The notes beneath the pieces are model-generated. The model saw only the letters and a list, made by a program, of their open reading frames with translations. It was not told where the DNA came from and did not search any database. The translations under genes and the position numbers were made by a program. A stretch of 62,985 bases of DNA, counting the filler, from Klebsormidium nitens (lineage: Eukaryota; Plantae; Klebsormidiophyceae): assembly GCA_000708835.1 (NCBI GenBank). It is 7 parts of 7 records of this genome, joined end to end, with 100 filler letters (N's around TTAATTAATTAA, not from the genome) between each part and the next. Parts side by side here need not be neighbours in the genome. Positions count along the whole stretch, not along the records: positions 20,225 to 32,647 come from DF238111.1; positions 32,748 to 41,805 come from DF238234.1; 5 more parts are not named here. One strand, given 5' to 3'. This document shows, one piece after another, positions 22,700 to 32,995 of this stretch (position 1 is its first letter; every line of letters begins with the position of its first letter).

Positions 22700-23900
22700 G
22701 ACAACACATCATGTGCTACCACGTGGCAAGGAACTAGACGGTTTGAAAAAACAAAGAGCTTTAGAGCTCGGCCGACCACCCGATTCTGTCCACCTTAATC
22801 ACTCCCTGGTCCCTCCAATCCTTTATAAAGACAGAGGAATGTTGGAAACAGAAGCAAAACGTGTGAAGGACCCTAACAGAAATTCCGTGAAAACTACCAA
22901 ATTCCAGCCTCCTCGGACCTTTCTCTGTTCTGTGTATTATTGAGGTACACATCCTTCCTCGACCTATTTCTGTAATAGCCCTTGTTCTGGCACATTGAAT
23001 GAACAATGCCCAAATGAATCCGGCCAACTCACCCCTAACTGTGAAGCGCTCCCACTCAGGCTGCAATGCTTTTCGTTGCCATGAGTTCCCTTTCAAGGAA
23101 GGATGCGGGTCCGCTCTTCCTCCTCTTGTTTCTAGCCATCGCGGCAAAGAAAAGGGGAAGCAACTTAGAGCTCCAGACCAGTTCTTTTAAAGACGAATCC
23201 TTTTGCCTGACAACAAGTGCTTTCAGAAAAGCCCCAACAAGCTCTGACATTTCAAATTCCCTGAGGTAACTGCCACGCCAAAGACATTCACCTTGCATTA
23301 AGGCTTTTGGGTGTCTGCTTCCCAGCGGAAGTCGGAATTTGTGCTCGACAGCCACTCGCAAATTGAAACTCTGGGTAGGCGGTTGCTTCCGTCAAAGGCA
23401 CAGAAATACCTTTTCCACCGCTATTCATTACACCTGACAAGAAAATGCACAGGCTGAAGCACCAGAGCGTCCCCTTCTGCATTGACCCCTTGTAAAGAAC
23501 ACCATTTGAAAGCATGTGTTGCCACCCACCTCACACACGCGCAAGCACAAGTTGAGCACTTGCTATCGGTTGCTGACGATGCAATCTGAGCTGCACCGCA
23601 AGTTGGCAAGTGCTTTAGAAGCTGGTAACACGCAAGTTTGAGGAATGCATCACTCTTTACTTCTTCGCTTCCGCACCCTTTGAGACAGACAGCACCCTTG
23701 GTAAAGAGCAACGCAAAAAGGGCAGCACTCGTTTGTTTATCCCAGAAGCCAATGGCGAAAGCGCCCACCGGTTTTGACCAAAGTGCTTTCAAATGGTAGG
23801 TGCTTGATAAACAAGTCTGTGCTCGCAAGAACCTTTGCCCCCCCAGCCTTTTCCTAGGATGCCGGTATGCACCCGCAATTAACTGCACCTGACCAAACAT
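22700..23900 (-). mobile_element. Highly decayed copia-like RT/RNase H relic
   Basis: FIKDWRDQGVIKVDRIG resembles the copia RNH C-terminus (FIRDxVxxGxIxV); ISVPLTEATAY resembles SVALSTxEAEY. Many stops. Confidence 0.3.
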
Positions 23901-25669
23901 GAAACTTCAAACCCTAAACTGCTGGAGCACCAGAGAAACTAGGACAAACCCCCTGATCCTGCAGAAGATTGTCTCCTCCATGCAAAAATGCACAAACAAC
24001 CATTCAAAAGAAGACACTTTGTAGCTCGGAAAGCGAAGGGGATCTACGTGGTCGACCGGGCGTAGACAGACAAGTATTTCCTCTTCAGTGTTTCCGCCAG
24101 AGACGGCGGAACTGTGGCAACCCGTGTGGGACACGCAGCGTATAAAATCTGGCAAAGATGGTGCAAGGAAACCTTGTGGAGGGTGTCGAAGTAAGGCCGA
24201 GTGCGTCAAAACCACGGTGTGTGAGCCCAGCATCATGAAAGAGCAAACGCGGCAACCCTTTCTAGAGTCGGAGTCATGAGCTTGGAGCCTTTTCAGCTAG
24301 TCCACAGGGACGTTCGCAGCCCGATGCCGGTTGCCCAAATGAAAGCAACCCGTACTTTGCCACGTTTTTGGACGACTACAGCAAGCTCTTTGTCGTAATT
24401 CCCATGAAGCAAAAGGGCGAGGTGCCCAAGGTGACTGAGCACGTGATCAACCGATTTGAGTTGCAATCGGGGAAGAAGCTCAGATCGGTGCGGACGGATC
24501 GGGGGAAGGATTACGTCCTTTGCCCCTTAAGGACGCCTTCGGGGGCAAAGGGACGGAAGACGAGAAAACCGCCTCCCACACGGCCGAGCAAAACGGGACG
24601 GCAGAGCGACTCAATCAGCAGTTGGAGGAGAAGGTCAGAGCGATGCTCGAGGACTCAGGGTCAAAGAGTTGTGGGCGGAGGCCACAGTGACGGCCAACTA
24701 TACTCGGAATCGGACCCTTCTGAGCGCGCACGGGATGACCCCGTGGGAAGCGTCCTACGGCACGAAGCCGAAAGTGGGGCACATACGGATGTTGGGTCAA
24801 GGGCGATTGCGCACGTTCCAAAGCAACGGAGACGGAAGTTGGATCCGGTCAGCGAGCGAGGAGTGTTCGTGGGGTATGAGCCGGACTCCAAGGCGTACCG
24901 GGTGCTTCGGAAGTGACGAGAAGCTCATCATCCGCCGGGACGTCATTTTGACGAGGGAGCGAACGAAGAAGGGGTTGTCAAACTTAGCTCTGAACTCAAG
25001 GAGGATTCGCACACGGCGGAAAAAGATAGCGCACAAGATCTGGTAGTGGTCAAAAAGGGTTCCTATCGGATTTGGCGCGCATGAACCCTCTGAGCAAGTT
25101 AGCACGCCAAATCCAAGAACCAGCCAATTCGGAGCGGTTTCGGAACTTGAGCGCCAAGCTGAGGCAGAGCCGAAAGAGATGGATGTGGACCTAGGGACTC
25201 AACCACCGGCTGCCCAAAGGTACCCACCAGCGCTAGGCGGGCATCGGAGGAGTGGTACTGCTCCAACTTGGTGGCTTACACTAAAGCGGGGGAGCATTTC
25301 AAGGGGACGATTGAGCAACCAAAAGCCCCAGAGTGATCATGATGCCGTAGGGGAAAAAGAGAGTGACCTCTGACGGAAATCCATGGACAAGGAGATGCGT
25401 TCTTTGTTGGAGAAAGGGACGTGAGAGACTGTCAAAACACCGGAAGGGGTCAAGCCGGTTCCTATGAAGTGGGTTTACGAGATCAAGCGGGACACTCCCG
25501 GCAATGTGGAGCGGTACAAGTTCCGGCTGGTGGTGAAAGGCTACCTGCGGAAACAAAGGATTGATTGACTTCGACGAGGTCTACGCCCCGTGCGCAAGCA
25601 CACCCTGCGTTGCTGCTGGTGGTCACAGAGCGCCACTTGGAGCTGCATCGGCAGAACGTCTAAGAGAAG

Positions 25670-26040
25670 TGATAATGGGTTAGGCGGCCAAATTGTTGGT
25701 TTAGGCCGTGGTTACTAGTTAGTAAGCTAGGCTAGTAGAGCCGTACGATGTTAGGTTCTTACTTGATGTGAGCCGTTTGATGGGTTCTTTTGCTAGTAAA
25801 AGTGAGGCTTGAGCTAGACTATATGACTTGAGCTAATATGAAAAGAACCCGACTCATACTAAGAGATGCTCGTTGAGAAAAGAGCGCTTCCTTTGTGAAC
25901 GCGCTTGTGGAAAAGGGTGGTTAGACCCTAGGTTGTTGCAAGCACGTGTGTATGATTTAAACAGTGTTGAGTTTGATGCGCTACCACTTGGGCGACACTG
26001 GCGCCGGTGTAGTCCAAGTGGTAGCGCGTTAAACTTAACA
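25670..26040 (+). mobile_element. Solo-LTR-like insert inside copia element 1
   Basis: TGATAA...TTAACA termini, interrupts pol. Shares AGCTAGGCTAGT and GCGCTT..TGTGA..CGCTT motifs with the LTR at 31003-31506. No clean target-site duplication. Confidence 0.55.
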
Positions 26041-26232
26041 AAATGCGTAGACCGAAGCGGTCGAAGCACATTGACGTAATTCATGACTTTGCACTGGAGC
26101 GCATGGCACGCAAGGAGGTCGGAGGTCGGGTCCGCGTTCTGTAGGACGGAGGACTTGAAGGCGGACATTTTGACCTAGGTTGGGAAGTTCAAGAAGTGCA
26201 AGAGCGTGTCAAGTCATTGGTGGGGGGGAGAG

Positions 26233-26592
26233 TGTTGAGATCCAATAGCGTAGGCGCATGGTATCCAAGTCCCCATACTGGAGGTTTAGAAGCACAAATT
26301 GGAGATTGCAATTGTAAAACGTTAGCGGTTGATCGACGGTGATTTTTAGGTTGGGTCTCGACTTCTTACAGCCGAATGATATATTATGGTGACCGTCGAT
26401 ATAAAGTAGGTTCGATAGTAGCCGTCGATGTACGGTTCAGAGTGCAAATTTCGGACTTACATAGTGACGCTCTACTGAGCCTACTAGGCTAGTATTGTAG
26501 ACCTATAGATATTTCACGACTCAAAACACTCCGTATAAATTGTGTGAACTCGTTAGATTCAATATTATTTCCAACAACGCTGTGTTTCAACA
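26233..26592 (+). repeat. LTR (family B), 3' LTR of copia element 1
   Basis: Starts TGTTGAGA right after the PPT and ends GTTTCAACA. Homologous to 61019-61183 on the minus strand. Confidence 0.8.
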
Positions 26593-26745
26593 ACATTCAT
26601 CTTCGCAATCCGCTCCGCCCCTGGCGGGCCGCGACAAGGATATCGTCCAACCACACAATGAGGTAAACCTGCTCCCCGTCCATTACTCACGAAATGGCGC
26701 TGCGTCCGCCAAAGACGCCACGAACTCAAATTTCCCGAGCTCCTC

Positions 26746-27154
26746 TGTTGGACGCGCGCGCGCACGGCCGTGTTGGGAATTAATGATCGAATGATCAAGT
26801 TCACACAATACATATTGAGTGTTCGGAGTCTAGCGGCGCTAAAGCTATGCAGTCTGTGTGCTATGCTAGACTCACTCAAGTAGAGTCACACTCCTAGTCT
26901 AGGTCTCCACTGATAGCCTAGTAGGCTTAGTTGACCGCGGATAAGCAAGTCCGAAGATCTCGCGCAAGTCTGAATATCTACGGCTATCATCGAACCTACT
27001 CATTACGGCGGTTATCACAATAAGTCATTCGGGTGTAACGCTATAAACCGCGCGCATTTAATCGCCAACCGCTAATTAGTAATTACCGGTTATCGTCGAA
27101 CTCCCGTCGACGTCACCCAAGAGATTCCGCACACTAAATGCCCGAATCTCAAAA
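26746..27154 (-). repeat. LTR (family C, related to B), 3' LTR of copia element 2
   Basis: Follows PPT GTGGGGGGAG (27155-27164, minus strand); starts TTTTGAGATT and ends TCCAACA. Internal similarity to LTR B (TAGGTTCGAT..TAGCCGT.GAT, AGCCTACTAGGCTA, ATTGTGTGAACT). Confidence 0.7.
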
Positions 27155-30100
27155 CTCCCCCACACACTTACGACTTGCGCAATTCCTATCTCGCTCTTGC
27201 ACTTCTTGAACTTTCCCGGTACTAACGCCTTGGTCATGATGTCCGCCTTCATGTCCTCCGTCCCGCAGTACGCGAACGCGACCTCCTTGCGTGCCACACG
27301 CTCCCGTGCAAAGTGATGAATCACGTCAATGTGCTTCGACCGCTGTGAAGCAATCGGGTGCTTGAGGAGCCGTATTGCCCCTTGGTTGTCGCAGTAGATC
27401 AAGACCTCCTCAAAGTCCAACTCCAGGTCTCCCCCGACTTTGCGAAACCGCAGTGCCTTCTTCACCGCTTGCGATGCGCTCATGTACTCCGCCTCTACCG
27501 TCGAGGCCGCCACCGTTGGCTGCAGGCTACTCGACCAGCTTACCGCCCCCCCATACATCAGGAAAACGTACCCCGTGTGGACCGCTTTGTGTCCACGTCA
27601 CCCGCGTAATCCGCGTCGCAATAAGCGATAAGACTCTCTCCACTCCCCCCAAAGTTTACCCCGTCCTCTGCCGTACCCGCTAGGTAGCGCACAACTCCAA
27701 GAGCCGCCCGCCACTGCTCCTTCGTCGGCCCCGGCCCCGCCATAAAGCGCGCAAGCGCGCCCACTGCCTGTGCAATGTCGGGCCGAGTGCACACACTCAA
27801 GTACAACGGGCTCCCCACGCACTCACTATAGAGAAACCGCTTTGTGTCGAGGGGTTCACCTTCTTTGGTTAATTTGTCCCCCGTTCCGAGAGGACCGAGC
27901 GCGCCCGAGCACTCGCTAGTCCGTACCGTCCGACAAGCTCTCCCTTCAGCTTATTCTGTCTACCTTCAAGATGCGCGCCTCCCTATCGCGTGTCAGCTCC
28001 ATGCCGAGGAGGTATTTCGCCTCCCCCAGGTCGCGCACGTCGAACTTCTCCCCAAAATGCGCCTTTACTTTGCCAATGCGGTCCGCCCCCCGGGCCGCCA
28101 CTAGAATGTCGTCCACCCACACCACTAGGTAGACCCGCTCCCCGGCTACTATTTCCGTAAAGAGTGCCGCGTCCGCCGTTGACTCAAAGTTCCCGAGCTC
28201 CTCCTTCAGGCGCATGTGCCATGCACGCGGCGCCTGGCGCAAACCACAGGGTGCGCTTGACGTGGCAGACCATGTTGGGCCCGCCTTGCTCGTATCCTTG
28301 CGGCTGCTGCATGTAGATCTCCTCCTCCAGCTCCCCATTGAGGAACGCTATCTTGACGTCCAGCTGGTTGTAGCTCCAAGTCGCGCTCCGCAAGCAATGC
28401 ACGCAATGTGGTGTGCTTCCTCACCGGGGCGTAGACTTCCTCAAAGTCAATTCCCTGCTTCTGCAGGTACCTTTTCGCCACCAGCCGGGACTTCCAATGT
28501 ACCGCTCCACATTTCCGAGAGCGTCCCGCTTTATCTTGTAAACCCACTTCATGGGAACCGGCTTGACCCCTTCCGGTTTTTCGACGAGCTCCCAGGTCCC
28601 GTTCTCTAGCATAGACCGCATCTCCTCGTCCATTGAGTTCTGCCATAGTTCACTTTCTTCTCCTACGGCTTCTTGATAGGTTTGCAGTTCCGGTGCTCCC
28701 CCGTCCCTTTGGGGTGCTCCCCCGCCTTTGGTTCCGCCGCTAAGTTAGCGCGGTACCACTCCCCCGGTGCGCGTCTTTCGCGCGCGGGGTACCTCTGGGC
28801 AGCCGGTGTTTGCATCCCGAGATCCTCCTCAGTCTCTTTCGCTGTGCCTTGGTCTCGCGCACAGTTTCAAACTTGCCCTCATTTTGGCCCGTTTGTGAAA
28901 GCGCGCGCGTGGCCGCGTCGCCCTTGCGCAGAGATTCAACTTTTGGCCCCTCATGGGCCTCCGTGTGAACCTGTGCGCCGGACCCTCCGCCGTCTGGGAA
29001 CCGTCCGTGGGGTCGGAGCCAAGCTCAACAAGCCCATCTTCCCCGATCTGCTCGTCAAAGATGACGTCCCGGGAGATGATTAACTTCCCGTCATGGTCCT
29101 AGAGCAACCTGTACGCCTTCGAATCCGGCTCGTACCCACGAACACACATCGCTCGCTCACCGGATCTAGCTTACGCCTCCGCTGTTTGGGAACGTGGCGG
29201 AACGCTCGGGCCCCAAAAACCCTCATATGCCCGACATTCGGTTTTCACCGAAGAAAACTTCCCAGGGAGTCCTCCCATGGGCGCTTACGGGCGTTTGGTT
29301 CCGGGTGTAGTTGGCCGTCACCACGGCTTCCGCCCACAGTTCTTTGGCCAACCCCGAGTCCTCAAGCATTGCCTAGGTCTTCTCCTCCAGATCCCGATTA
29401 AGCCGTTCCGCCGACCCATTCTGCTCGGCGGTATAGGGGGCGGTTTTCTCGTGTACCGTCCCCTTGCCCCCGAAAACGTCTTCAAGGGCCTTGTTGACGT
29501 ACTTCTTGCCCCGGTCTGTCCGCACCGACTTAAGCTGCTTTCTCGATTGCAACTCCAACCGGTTAATCACGTGCTCGGTGACCTTGGCCACCTCGCTCTT
29601 TTGCTTCATGGGGACTACAACCGAGAGTTTGCTGTAGTCGTCCAGGAACATGGCAAAGTACCGGCTTCCCCCTATAGAGGCTACCGGCATTGGCCCGCAG
29701 ACGTCCATATGGACTAGCTCAAGAGGTTCCGTGCTCACTGGGTCGGATTCCGGGAAGGGGAGCCTAGTTTGCTTCCCATAATGCAGGGCTCACACACCGA
29801 AATTATAGGCGCTCTAAACGCACTCGGTTTCACCCCGACCCCTTCTACGAGGTCGCGCTGCACCATTTTCGCCAAGGTTTTGTACCCGGCGTGCCCCAAC
29901 CGTTGGTGCCACAACTCCGCCGTTTCCGGCTTCTTCACAAGGAAAGACGTGCCCCTCTCAGCCCCTTTACTACATAAACCCCCTCTGCTTTCCGAGCGAC
30001 AAGGACTACCTCCCGGTCAACCTCAAGCTCACGGTTGCCGTTTTCTTTGAACAGCACTGACGCAACCTCGGTGGCCTTGCTCACCGAGATCAAACTTGCC

Positions 30101-31002
30101 GCCACCCCCGGGACATATATCACGTTCTGCAGAGTGACTAGACTTTCTCCGGTCGCTGTCGCATACCGCAACTCTACCAAGCCGCTCCCTCTGCCGATAG
30201 GGTTCCCTTGTTCCCGAACGTGAATTCTCGGCCACTCCCCTCAAACATTTCGAGGGTCTCAAATAGGCTCTTGTCCCCGGTTAGGTGTTGGGAGCTACCC
30301 GAATCGACGAGCCACTCGTCGGTCGACACTCCCTCAATGACGCTGAAAGCCACACCCTTGGGAGGTTTCCCCCCTTTCTTCAGCTCCGGCTTGTGCTCCC
30401 GCCTATCCGGCTTGCTGCACTTCCGAGCAATGTGAACAAACTCCCCGCAATTATAGGTCTTGGGCCCTTTGCCCCGGCTCTTATCCTTGCCGTGGACCTT
30501 CTCCTTCCCTTTCCGCCTGGCCACATAGGCCACTCCGGAGTCCGACTCACCGCCGCCCTTCTCTTTGGGCGACTTCTCAAATCCCTGCTCATGAACCAAG
30601 AGCTTCGGCAGAACCGCATCCACCGAGCTAATGGCGCTTTCCGAAGCCTCTAGGATTGTTCTCAGGGTACTGAACGTCTTGGGCAAATCCCGCAAGCACG
30701 CTCCATGCCAACTCATCCGGCTTTATCTCAAAACCGGTGGCGACCAAGTCCCTATACAAGTCCTTTGCCCGACCCACATACATGGTCACGGGCTCACCCG
30801 ACTTCATCTTGAGAGAATGCAGCTCTTGCCTGAGTTGCATCTTCTTTGCATTGGTTTTGCTCTTGTAAGTCTTCTCAAGGAGATCCCACGCCTCCTTTGC
30901 GGTTTTGCACTCCTCAATCGACCCCAAATGGTGGTCCTCAACGTTTAGCCCGATGATGGACAACGCTTTCTTTGATTGAGCAGGGTGCGGCGCTACGGGA
31001 TT
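27155..31002 (-). mobile_element. Ty1/copia element 2 internal region (gag fragment, protease, integrase, RT, RNase H), frameshifted
   Basis: gag TAKEAWDLLEKTYKSK..LRQELHSLKM; protease WLVDSGSSQHLT; ETAELWHQRLGH; integrase LVHMDVCGP..FLDDYSK..RTDRGKKY..EQNGSAERLNR; RT KWVYKIKRD..LDVKIAFLNGELEEEIYMQQP..VWVDDILV; RNH CDADYAGDVDTKRST..STVEAEY..SKHIDVIHHF. Confidence 0.95.
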
Positions 31003-31506
31003 TGTTGAAACTCATGGTAGGGAGTCGTATAGTATAGTTGAGGTACTCGTCATCGGGTCTTATCCTGTCGCCCGGCACCCATGCTCATCACTCATTGATG
31101 GCAACCATGCATCCTAAGAGGAACACACGAAGCGCCTCACAAGCGGCTTCCTTCTCTCCACAAACTTCTCTTAGAATGATGTATCACATTGATGGTTTCC
31201 ACCACCATATGTCTTACGGGTCTCTCCCGTTCGACTCGGCTCACTAGCCTACTAGGCTCACTAGCCTAAGTCACACACTACTAAGCTCACTAGCCTAGCT
31301 CACAGTCACACTCAATCTTAGCCTTCGATATACTCATCTACGGCTAACACTGACGGCCGCTCTCAATCGCCTAACCTCCAAACCGCCTAACGGTTAAACC
31401 GTCCAACCGCCGTACACGCACGTGGGCGTTCACTAGTCTAAATCTCAACTCGAGCCGAACTCTAACACACAGTAATTCGGCTGACTATAATCACCGAATC
31501 TTAACA
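31003..31506 (-). repeat. LTR (family A), 3' LTR of the Gag-protease-only element, abutting the gag of element 2
   Basis: TGTTAA...TTCAACA, 504 bp, preceded by PPT GAGTGGGAG (31507-31515). Closely similar to 61184-61655. Confidence 0.85.
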
Positions 31507-32647
31507 CTCCCACTCAGACGAATTACGTTAAGCCTCTAACTCGTCATGCTCCTTTTGCGGGCTGTCTTCTTCGCCTTTGGCTCCCGCGGCTTCCGTTGCT
31601 GCTCCCACATTTGCCCGATACCACTCTTCGGGCTCCCGTCGCACTCTCGCGGAATATTTCCCAACTCCTGGGACTCCACTGCAGGCTTTTCCTTTGCCTG
31701 TTCCACATCGGCGGACTTGCTCTCTACCGCCGTCTCTGGGCTCTCCTGCCCTTTCCGATCTCCTCGGACTCCTCCACAACTTCGCGCATCGTTTCCACAA
31801 TCAGCCCACTTTGGCCTTTTTTTGAACTGTGCCCGCGACACGGCCGCGGTCCGTCGCGGGCGCGTGCGCGTCCCCCTCGCGCGCCGTTTCAAACTTCGCC
31901 CCTTTTTCGACCATTTTTGGATTTGTGCGCGGCCCTTCGTCCTCCCCCGCAGAAGTTCCCCTCTCTCGTTCGACGCCCCCATCCTCGTCGTTCGACTCGT
32001 CTAGGTCGACCTCCACGACCTTCACCGTCTTTTTCACCACGCGTTCCGCTCTTACCGGCCTCTTTGCCGTGGCGCACACCCGATTCCCCTTGACCAAACC
32101 CCTCGCAATGTCCCACGGTCTCAATGTCCCATAGCCTCCACGTTTGACTGCCTCCATACGGACCACGCCGTCCGTCTCGATCTGCGCGGTTCTCCCCTCG
32201 AGCACCACTCGTGCTCCCGCGTCGGTCGCCCTTGTCAGAGCGAACAAATTCACCTGTGCCCTCGGAGCGTGCCGGACCTCCCTCAAGGTTACCGTACTCA
32301 CACCGCTCGGGGTCTTACACTTAAGCTTTACTTCTCCAATGCCCATTGCAATCAAAGACTCACCACAGATCCCCACGATCTTCTCGTCACGCACAAGCTC
32401 TCTGTAGCTCGTGAACTGGCTCCGATCGGCCGTGACATGCTGGGTGCTGCCCTAGTCGACAATCCACACCCCTTTGCGCACATCCCCGTCAACCCACGCC
32501 GAAAGGCTACTCCGTTTGCATCCCCCGCAAACTCTCTCTCCTCTGCGCGGCCACTTGCGCGCGCACTCTGCCTACACACTACCTCTGTGTGGCCCTCTTG
32601 CCGCACTTGCGGCACTCCGCATCGCGCAATCTGCACTCTGCCTTCAT
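31003..32647 (-). mobile_element. Non-autonomous copia derivative: Zn knuckle and protease, then a charged tail, PPT and LTR, with no integrase, RT or RNH
   Basis: Decayed CCHC knuckle (..CG..GH....C), WIVD*GSTQHVT, MGIGEVKLKC..VTLREVRHAPRAQVNLFAL. Only about 0.6 kb of K/E/R-rich frames before the PPT. The 5' end is lost in the gap. Confidence 0.75.
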
Positions 32648-32747
32648 NNNNNNNNNNNNNNNNNNNNNNNNNNNNNNNNNNNNNNNNNNNNTTAATTAAT
32701 TAANNNNNNNNNNNNNNNNNNNNNNNNNNNNNNNNNNNNNNNNNNNN

Positions 32748-32995
32748 GGTTGAGGGCCTGGTTGATGCCTCAACCAGACGTCAACCAGGCCCCAACCAGG
32801 CCCTGGTTGTGGTGGGATATACCAGGGTCTGGTTGGCGGCCAACCAGGCGCCTGGTTGACGGCCTGGTTGACCGCCAACCAGACCCCGGTTGATGGCCAA
32901 CCGGGCACGGTTGGCACCTTGGTTGATGATAAATCTTGTTCGGTTGATAGAATGGATGATAGCAGACCAGGGGTGGTTGACTATACGGTTGAAAC
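32748..32995. repeat. GGTTGA/TCAACC (CTGGTTG/CAACCAG) motif-rich tract at the contig start
   Basis: More than 15 copies of GGTTG or CAACC in both orientations within about 250 bp, next to a gap. Confidence 0.8.

Larger units (their letters stand above)
24015..26592 (+). mobile_element. Ty1/copia element 1, 5'-truncated and decayed (pre-integrase, integrase, partial RT, RNH end, PPT, 3' LTR)
   Basis: VARKAKGIYVV, ETAELW, FLDDYSKLFVVIPMKQK, WAEATVTANYTRNR, GYEPDSKAYRV, PVPMKWVYEIKRD, SKHIDVIH. PPT GGGGGGGAGAG at 26222-26232. Frameshifts and an RT-RNH deletion. Confidence 0.9.

Noticed and set aside
25991-26030. tRNA gene
   Set aside because: Only an A-box-like 5' part; no anticodon or T arm and no B box.
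31003-31506. 5' LTR of copia element 2
   Set aside because: It does not match the 3' LTR at 26746-27154, no primer-binding site follows, it joins mid-gag, and it is preceded by a PPT. It is the 3' LTR of a nested element.
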